This document shows positions 57,877 through 64,000 of a DNA stretch of 64,000 bases, one piece after another. The stretch's first letter is position 1. Every line of letters starts with the position of its first letter. The position numbers and the translations under genes are program-made. Under the pieces are notes generated by a model, which saw only the letters and a program-made list of their open reading frames with translations, ran no database searches and was not told the DNA's origin. The DNA comes from Minisyncoccota bacterium. GTDB lineage: Bacteria; Patescibacteriota; Minisyncoccia; Phycocordibacterales; UBA1006. The stretch lies in NCBI GenBank assembly GCA_021734445.1, contig JAIPIY010000001.1, positions 185,306-249,305 of the forward strand, given 5' to 3'.

Positions 57877-58947
57877 TTATTTCTTACCTCCTTTTTCCAA
57901 AAATCCAAAGACTTTTTGGTTGGTTACCACCTGATCCACATACGCACGCACATGTTGTTCATCAGCATCTTTGTAGTTTTCCATAACCTTTGTAACTTCT
58001 GGTAGTAATTCTTCTTCTGTTGCCTGCAATTTTTCTTCTTCTGCAATTTTGGTAACTACCATTTGCATCAAAGCTCGTTTTTCTGCATCTGGTCTCCAAT
58101 CGTTTCGTAGATCTTCTCGAGTTTTGTTAATATGCTGTAGATAATCATCTGTTTTGATACCCATGTTTGCGATATCTCCTTCCATGCGGTGCATCATGGT
58201 ATCCAATTCATGTTCTACAATAATATCTGGCAATTCTACCGCAGTTTTTTCCAAGATAGCATCCATGATCAACAGCCGTACACGGTCTGATTCTTTTTGT
58301 TCTTTTTCTACCAACATGTTTTCTTTGATTTTTGCAGTCAATTCATCCACTGTTTTAAAATCTCCAATAGTTTGTGCAAAAGCATCATCCAACACTGGCA
58401 AATCTTCTTCTTTTATTTCATCTTTTCCATGAGAACACTCTTCTCCTTCTTCACACGTATGAGGGCCTGCTTCTTTTTCTGCTCGCATTTTGCGTAATTG
58501 AAGAAGGGTTTTCTCCATTTCAGCATCTTCTACCGTGACTGTCTTTTTTTCTTTGAGATTTTTTTCTGCAATTTTTGTATATTCAGGAAGTTTGATTTCA
58601 GGCAAAACTGCAGTAACGATTTTGTATTCTACAGGATTTCCTACAGCCAATTTGGTCAGGGTAATTTCAGGTCGTCCAATAGCATCTATTTTGTGTTCCA
58701 TCAAAATATCCACATAATGTTTTCCTACTGCCAAATATGCCATTTCTTCTAAAATAGGGGTTTCACCAACCTTTGCAACAAGGATTTTTTCAGGAACTTC
58801 GCCTTTGCGAAAACCATCAATTTTTACATTTTCTGCAACACGTTTTACCGCTTGGGCGCGATATTTTTCCAACATATCAGCTGGAAGGGTTGCGGTTATC
58901 TCAACTTGGCTTTTTGGTAATGTTTGTATTTTTGCTTGTGTACTCAT
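57877..58947 (-). CDS. tig: Trigger factor (short form)
   Basis: N-terminal ribosome-binding domain (...ENVKIDGFRKGEVPEKIL...) plus PPIase/C-domain remnants. Upstream of clpP in the canonical arrangement. Confidence 0.8.
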   Translation of the reverse strand: MSTQAKIQTLPKSQVEITATLPADMLEKYRAQAVKRVAENVKIDGFRKGEVPEKILVAKVGETPILEEMAYLAVGKHYVDILMEHKIDAIGRPEITLTKLAVGNPVEYKIVTAVLPEIKLPEYTKIAEKNLKEKKTVTVEDAEMEKTLLQLRKMRAEKEAGPHTCEEGEECSHGKDEIKEEDLPVLDDAFAQTIGDFKTVDELTAKIKENMLVEKEQKESDRVRLLIMDAILEKTAVELPDIIVEHELDTMMHRMEGDIANMGIKTDDYLQHINKTREDLRNDWRPDAEKRALMQMVVTKIAEEEKLQATEEELLPEVTKVMENYKDADEQHVRAYVDQVVTNQKVFGFLEKGGKK

Positions 58948-59102
58948 AGTGTTGTATCTTAACCCCGAATGGCTGTTTTGTCAAAGCAAAGCAGTATAAA
59001 AGTTTGACACTTTGTACAACTGTGATATACTACACACAGAAGCATTGGAATCGTTCCACTGCACATAACAATAATTGTTGAACCTTAAAAAAATCAACCG
59101 CA

Positions 59103-59579
59103 ATGAACATGCAAGAAGCTGTTTCTGAGAACAAGAAAATTTCTTTCTCTATCTCCACACGATCTATCTGGTCGATGTTAGGATTCATTACCATCTGCGG
59201 GTTTGGATACCTGCAGGCGGTGTATTTCATCATTCCAGGAATAACAGAGTTTCTGTCTTATTTCGACAATGAACCTGTATCGATTGAAACGAGCGTGCGC
59301 CTGATTTGGGTGCCCATTATTGGCTATTTGATCATCGGAACAGGTATTTGTCTACTGGTGAATGCCTTCAAGAAATTGAATGGGTACACTGAAAAAGGTC
59401 TCATCTCGATTCTTGTAGTAGGTCTCATGATAAGTTTTATGGGGGCACTCTCTGGTATTATGACATCATTTATGATGGATAATGGAATTCCTTTTGGTTT
59501 AGTGGGAGGGCTTATACTAGGTGTTATGATAGGTCTTCTATGGGGTCTCGTGGTAGGGTTTATCGAAGAGTTCAAATAA
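59103..59579 (+). CDS. Four-TM membrane protein, paralog of 19266-19727
   Basis: See the 19266 entry. Followed by the terminator ccccgtcgaccatctttggttgacgggg + T7. Confidence 0.55.
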   Translation: MNMQEAVSENKKISFSISTRSIWSMLGFITICGFGYLQAVYFIIPGITEFLSYFDNEPVSIETSVRLIWVPIIGYLIIGTGICLLVNAFKKLNGYTEKGLISILVVGLMISFMGALSGIMTSFMMDNGIPFGLVGGLILGVMIGLLWGLVVGFIEEFK

Positions 59580-59693
59580 CCCCACACAACAACACACCCC
59601 GTCGACCATCTTTGGTTGACGGGGTATTTTTTTACTCATCATAAATCAAAACCCCGTCGTTCGCGAACGACGGGGTGATTGTTAAATTATTAG

Positions 59694-60146
59694 CTAGTCC
59701 ACCCGAGAACCTCCTTTTAATTCATTATCTAAATCATCATCAAGATCGATAAATGGTTGAGTGGGGTCAATTTCTTCTCCTTGAACTCTTTCAATAATAC
59801 CTCTTTTGGTATCAAATATCCCTTTTTCAACCTGACTAAAAAGTTTGTGTACAGGAGAATTTGGATCGAGAATAATTTGTTGAGCTTCTTTTATGTATTT
59901 TTCCATGTGGGGAATGTAATCACCGTATTTATCTACGGATTGTTTGTGATACGATTGTACATCTAATCCGTCTCTGCTTTTATACAAATGTTTACTGTCA
60001 CCAAAATCACCAGAAATATGTGCTACAATTTTCCAGAAATACTTTTCATCACAACCTGGGGGAACTGGACTGTTTTCTGGGTTCTTTTTATTTGGCAATC
60101 CTTCATGCATATCTATAATCGTATCATACAAAAAACACCCCGCCAA
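59694..60146 (-). CDS. Hypothetical protein, paralog of 16316-16765
   Basis: Shares the DP(N/S)(S/H)P(V/I)HK and C-terminal (L/E)KGG(S/T)R(V/I)D motifs. A terminator hairpin lies downstream. Confidence 0.5.
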   Translation of the reverse strand: MAGCFLYDTIIDMHEGLPNKKNPENSPVPPGCDEKYFWKIVAHISGDFGDSKHLYKSRDGLDVQSYHKQSVDKYGDYIPHMEKYIKEAQQIILDPNSPVHKLFSQVEKGIFDTKRGIIERVQGEEIDPTQPFIDLDDDLDNELKGGSRVD

Positions 60147-60170
60147 GGGGTGTTTTTTGTAGAGAATTTC

Positions 60171-60434
60171 TTATTCCATTTCTTCTAATTCGGCCAAATC
60201 AGCATCCAATTCTGCGAAATCCATTGATTCTAATTCTACCTCGAGAACCTCGGTAGATTCATCAGATGCATCTTGTTCGGCAATAGTTTCAGTATCTTCT
60301 ACGGCATACATGTCTTCTTGATCAGACACATTTGCACCTCGAATCCAAAGAAAAATTGCCAATAGCACAATAATGCCCATAACCGCCCACGCCCATGTAG
60401 TATTTTTTGTTGATTCTTGTGTTACTGGGTCCAT
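60171..60434 (-). CDS. Small single-pass membrane protein with an acidic tail
   Basis: TM segment WAWAVMGIIVLLAIFLWI plus a D/E-rich tail, similar in architecture to 9237-9488. Confidence 0.4.
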   Translation of the reverse strand: MDPVTQESTKNTTWAWAVMGIIVLLAIFLWIRGANVSDQEDMYAVEDTETIAEQDASDESTEVLEVELESMDFAELDADLAELEEME

Positions 60435-60435
60435 A

Positions 60436-61131
60436 TTATTCTTTTTGAGATTTTAGCATTGGTAATAGTTTTCCAAACGATTCACGCAATAAACCTAATT
60501 CTGCACGAATTTCTTTTGCTGAATCCATGAAGATTCCATGTTGTTCTCGTAATTCTTGGTTTAATTCTGATGGGGTAGATCCTGATATTTCAATATTACC
60601 AGCCAATACCGCCAACGCTTTTACTGAAACTTCTATTTCTGACAATTGTGTTCGCATATTAGCAACCAATGATTCTGCATCTGACGTATCCATACCTGCA
60701 GATTGCATTACGGTAATACGTTCTGATGCTCGATCCAGAAATCCCGATATTTTTTGCACAGCAGATTCAAAACCAAAGACCATACGACTGTGTATTTTTG
60801 TTGCCATTTCTGCACGTCGTTCCATCATGATTGTTTTTTCTTTTTCTATTCGTTCTTTTGTTTGCAGACGAATATCTTGTAACGCATCATGTTTTTCTTT
60901 GCGGAAATCAGCAACCTGCATCATACGTGCCTGAATATCTTCGGCATTATCGATACGTTGTTGCTGAATGTCTTGAATCGCTTTCATGCGTTCTTGCATC
61001 ATGTCAGCTTGTAATTGTTTTTGTTCCATACGCACAGACATATCTGCACGTACAGCAGTTTCTGCCTGGACAAATGAAATGCCCAGACCAAAAAAGACAA
61101 ACGCACTGGTGAAAAAAGTAATATATTTCAT
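60436..61131 (-). CDS. Secreted coiled-coil hypothetical protein
   Basis: Signal peptide MKYITFFTSAFVFFGLGISFVQA, then Q/E/R/M-rich heptad-like sequence. Confidence 0.45.
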   Translation of the reverse strand: MKYITFFTSAFVFFGLGISFVQAETAVRADMSVRMEQKQLQADMMQERMKAIQDIQQQRIDNAEDIQARMMQVADFRKEKHDALQDIRLQTKERIEKEKTIMMERRAEMATKIHSRMVFGFESAVQKISGFLDRASERITVMQSAGMDTSDAESLVANMRTQLSEIEVSVKALAVLAGNIEISGSTPSELNQELREQHGIFMDSAKEIRAELGLLRESFGKLLPMLKSQKE

Positions 61132-61200
61132 AAAAAATTGATTAATGAATAACCTAGAAGGAATCAATCCTTCGTCTTTTCATTATACCATATTCCCTAT

Positions 61201-61232
61201 AAACAAAAGAGCCCATCAGGGCTCTTTTGTTT
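61201..61232. terminator. Terminator aaagagccc-atca-gggctcttt with flanking A and T runs
   Basis: 9-bp stem downstream of ppa on the minus strand. Confidence 0.55.
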
Positions 61233-61245
61233 ATAATATGTTTCC

Positions 61246-61785
61246 TTATTTCCCAAATTTTTCTTTGTATAATTGAATCGATTTTTCTATCGCTTCGATG
61301 GCTTCTTGTTTACCGCCTATATGGGGAATAGTTACGATAACTTCTTCTCCATCTTTTTTTAATTTTTTGTAGGTTTCAAAAAAGTGTTTGTATTCTTTTA
61401 GTGTGTGTTTATTTACATCCTGCAAATCTTTGATATCTTCCCATCTTTTATCTTCTACAGGTACAGCAATAATTTTGTAATCAGATTCTCCATCATCAAC
61501 CATTTGCATCACTGCAACTGGTCGCACGCGGACCAACACGCCAGGGAACAATGGGTATGTAGTTAACACAACCACATCCAATGGATCATTATCATCCCAC
61601 AGTGTCTGCGGAACATATCCATAATCAAATGGGTATGCGGCTGCAGAATAATTTGCTCGATCTAATGCAATTAATCCTGTTTCTTTATCTATTTCATATT
61701 TGTTTGGAGAATTTTTTGGAATTTCAATAATTACATTTAATTCGTCCGGCGTATTCCCTCGAGAAACGTCATGCCATAAATTCAT
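61246..61785 (-). CDS. ppa: Inorganic pyrophosphatase (family I)
   Basis: ...VIIEIPKNSPNKYEIDKETG...DPLDVVVL... and ...HFFETYK are family I PPase signature regions. Confidence 0.9.
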   Translation of the reverse strand: MNLWHDVSRGNTPDELNVIIEIPKNSPNKYEIDKETGLIALDRANYSAAAYPFDYGYVPQTLWDDNDPLDVVVLTTYPLFPGVLVRVRPVAVMQMVDDGESDYKIIAVPVEDKRWEDIKDLQDVNKHTLKEYKHFFETYKKLKKDGEEVIVTIPHIGGKQEAIEAIEKSIQLYKEKFGK

Positions 61786-61807
61786 ATATTTTATATTAGA
61801 TAAATGA

Positions 61808-63148
61808 TTAATTAGTTTCCTCTGTATTAGATTCAGATGCTGCGATTTTTTCTTCAGCTTCTGATTCAGTCACATCGTCTACTGAAACTTCTTCTTGTGA
61901 TTCGGCATCAACAGTAGGCTCGTCCGTAGTTCCGTCATCAACAATTCCTTCTTCCAAAGTTTCTTCTGCATTATTTGATTCTTCTGGAGATTCTGTTCCT
62001 TTGATATCAATTCTCCATTCAGTTAATTTTGCAGCCAATCGTACGTTTTGACCGCCTTTTCCGATAGCTAATGACAATTGGTCTTCGGCAACTTCGATAT
62101 GTGCTGTTCGGTCTTCTTCGTTTAGTTGAATATCAATCACACGTGCAGGGGACAATGCAGAAGAAATAAATTCTGATGCATTTTCTGACCAAGGAATAAT
62201 ATCAATTTTTTCATTTCCTAATTCTCCCATCACGGTAACTACACGAATTCCTTTTTGACCAACACATGCACCAATAGGATCAATATTATCATCATTGGTG
62301 AATACTGCGATCTTTGTTCGAGAACCAGCTTCGCGTGCAATCGCTTTTATTTCTACGATACCGCTGGCAACCTCGGGAGATTCTAATGAAAACAATGCTT
62401 CGACAAATCGAGGATGACTACGAGACAATTTCAATGAAACACCTCGGGCACCTTCTTCTACTTGATACAAATACGCTCGGATACGTGATCCAACGCGGAA
62501 AATTTCTCCTGGTATTTGTTCTTCTCGTGGCAATACAGCGACTGCGCGGTTGATATCAATATAGATATTTCCTCGGTCTACACGTTGTACAATACCACTG
62601 ATAATTTCTCCTTCACGTCCAGAAAATTCTTGGACCACGACATCTCGTTCTGCTTCGCGGATACGTTGGATGATTACCTGTTTTGCGGTTTGTGCTGCAA
62701 TACGGCCAAAATCATCTTTTACTTCTAATGGGAAAATAATTTCTTCACCCAATGATGCATCGTTTTTCATACGACGTGCATCTTCGATCATAATATGTTG
62801 TTCTGGATTAAATCGTGTTCGTTCGTCATCTTCTGCACGTTCTTCGGGTTCTTCACCTGGGCCTGCCCGCTCGTGACTCGCAGTGGCAGACGGGACCGAT
62901 TCTTCCTCTGATTCTTCTGGTATCACATACACCAATGATTCATCGACAACGGTTTTTACTTGTTCGAATGCGGTTGTCCCATCGTCTAAATTAAATTGCG
63001 CACGAACAATTTGACCACGTTTTCCGTAGTCTTTTTTGTATGCAGCAGCCAAAGCCTGTTCGATTGCTTCGATTATTTTTTCTTTTGGAATGTTTCGCTC
63101 GTCTTCTAGTTGAGCTAATGTTGTGTTGAGTGCTTTTAAATCAAGCAT
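61808..63148 (-). CDS. nusA: Transcription termination/antitermination factor NusA
   Basis: N-terminal NusA domain, S1 and two KH domains, and an acidic C-terminal tail. 446 aa. Confidence 0.9.
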   Translation of the reverse strand: MLDLKALNTTLAQLEDERNIPKEKIIEAIEQALAAAYKKDYGKRGQIVRAQFNLDDGTTAFEQVKTVVDESLVYVIPEESEEESVPSATASHERAGPGEEPEERAEDDERTRFNPEQHIMIEDARRMKNDASLGEEIIFPLEVKDDFGRIAAQTAKQVIIQRIREAERDVVVQEFSGREGEIISGIVQRVDRGNIYIDINRAVAVLPREEQIPGEIFRVGSRIRAYLYQVEEGARGVSLKLSRSHPRFVEALFSLESPEVASGIVEIKAIAREAGSRTKIAVFTNDDNIDPIGACVGQKGIRVVTVMGELGNEKIDIIPWSENASEFISSALSPARVIDIQLNEEDRTAHIEVAEDQLSLAIGKGGQNVRLAAKLTEWRIDIKGTESPEESNNAEETLEEGIVDDGTTDEPTVDAESQEEVSVDDVTESEAEEKIAASESNTEETN

Positions 63149-63408
63149 GATAGTGGAAACACCAAAATAAAGATTATTCTTGTACCTTGCGTGTTTGTAT
63201 TTAATTGTTAAACCCTTTTAAAAAACAAAGCCCGTTTTTGACGGACTGGAAAAGGATGGTATCACTATATCAGAACGGGGGAGGTTTGTAAATAATGCGG
63301 CTTATGGACTTGTATTGTATGGATACCGGTGCAATTATTGACAAATCTATATAAAATGTTATCTTATTTCTGTAAGCAACTCAGCCTACACGCACATTAA
63401 AAAACCAA

Positions 63409-64000
63409 ATGACACAAGAACAACAGAAACTTTGGGACAAATTGTCGGGATACAATCTTGACAACCCCCAATCGGCATTACCATTCTCCAAACGCCTTGC
63501 GCGTGAGAACCACTGGTCGCAATCGTATACAAACAATGTGATCGAGGAGTACAAAAAATTCGCCTTTCTGGCGATGATTGCGGGACACCCCGTTACCCCT
63601 TCGGATGAAGTGGACCAAGTATGGCATCTGCACATGTTGTACAATGAGGAGTATTTTCAGAACTTCTGCGCGAACATTCTTCCTAAACCTTTGTACCATG
63701 GGCCAACAAAGGGTGGTCAGAACGAGAATGCCAAATATGACGACTGGTATTCAAAAACCAAGGAATCATACGAACGTATTTTCGAAATGAAACCACCAGA
63801 AAACATCTGGCCGGAGAACAGTGTTCGTTTTGGAAGAGTATTCGTACGCATTAACATGCACGAGCACGTTGTCATCAAAGCAGATGACTTTCCAATTCTC
63901 TCCCGCCTAATCATTTTCATCCTTGACCTCTTCCGCCCAAAAATTGCACCATCGTTGGTTCAGGTTGTGGGTCTATTTCTCGCGCTATTCCTTACCGGAT
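63409..64000 (+). CDS. Partial CDS running off the window end: hypothetical protein with a VWHLHML motif (possibly a GRDP/DUF1399-like domain)
   Basis: Stop-free frame from ATG 63409 to the window end (197 codons). Its C-terminal part is hydrophobic. Absent from the ORF track because it is truncated. Confidence 0.4.
   Translation, partial: MTQEQQKLWDKLSGYNLDNPQSALPFSKRLARENHWSQSYTNNVIEEYKKFAFLAMIAGHPVTPSDEVDQVWHLHMLYNEEYFQNFCANILPKPLYHGPTKGGQNENAKYDDWYSKTKESYERIFEMKPPENIWPENSVRFGRVFVRINMHEHVVIKADDFPILSRLIIFILDLFRPKIAPSLVQVVGLFLALFLTG

Noticed and set aside
1-64000. CRISPR arrays
   Set aside because: No regularly spaced direct repeats with unique spacers were seen. The repeats present are palindromic, dispersed and irregular.

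Overview
This is an AT-rich (about 35% GC) bacterial window with compact gene spacing and many rho-independent terminators. The gene content fits a small-genome, Patescibacteria/CPR-like organism, which is an inference from gene content only. Recognisable genes include a type IV pilus/competence-pseudopilus operon (pilB, pilC and three or four prepilin-like genes) followed by secreted, repeat-rich, Cys-rich surface proteins. Housekeeping genes include pnp, rpsO, comM, the CCA-adding enzyme, xth, rny, hup, clpP, tig, ppa, nusA, mgtE and a divergent Fur-family/ZIP-transporter pair. There are four tRNAs (Arg-TCG, Gly-GCC, Pro-TGG, Gly-TCC), an IS481-family insertion sequence, a Xer-like tyrosine recombinase and three TrmB-family regulators. 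The most striking system is a complete diversity-generating retroelement (DGR) inserted between tig and clpP. It comprises a reverse transcriptase with the GNLTSQ signature, an Avd-like gene on the opposite strand, and a roughly 122-bp template repeat. The variable repeat sits at the 3' end of a 221-aa target gene, and 20 of 22 mismatches fall at template adenines. Other observations are listed below.
- Partial tRNA copies flank intact tRNA genes.
- A 14-bp palindrome GTTTCAC(G/A)TGAAAC is strongly enriched locally, including in-frame inside two CDSs.
- A composite GC-rich palindromic repeat element recurs in several intergenic regions.
- Two islands of elevated GC look foreign: 47.2-51.3 kb, with a 1.1-kb ORF-free hairpin-rich segment and four unknown genes, and 25.7-26.3 kb, between the IS481 and the recombinase.
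- Several unknown genes occur as paralogous pairs.
- clpP is translationally coupled to an unknown gene instead of clpX.
No CRISPR array was seen. All coordinates were hand-counted from the printed sequence and may be off by a few bases.
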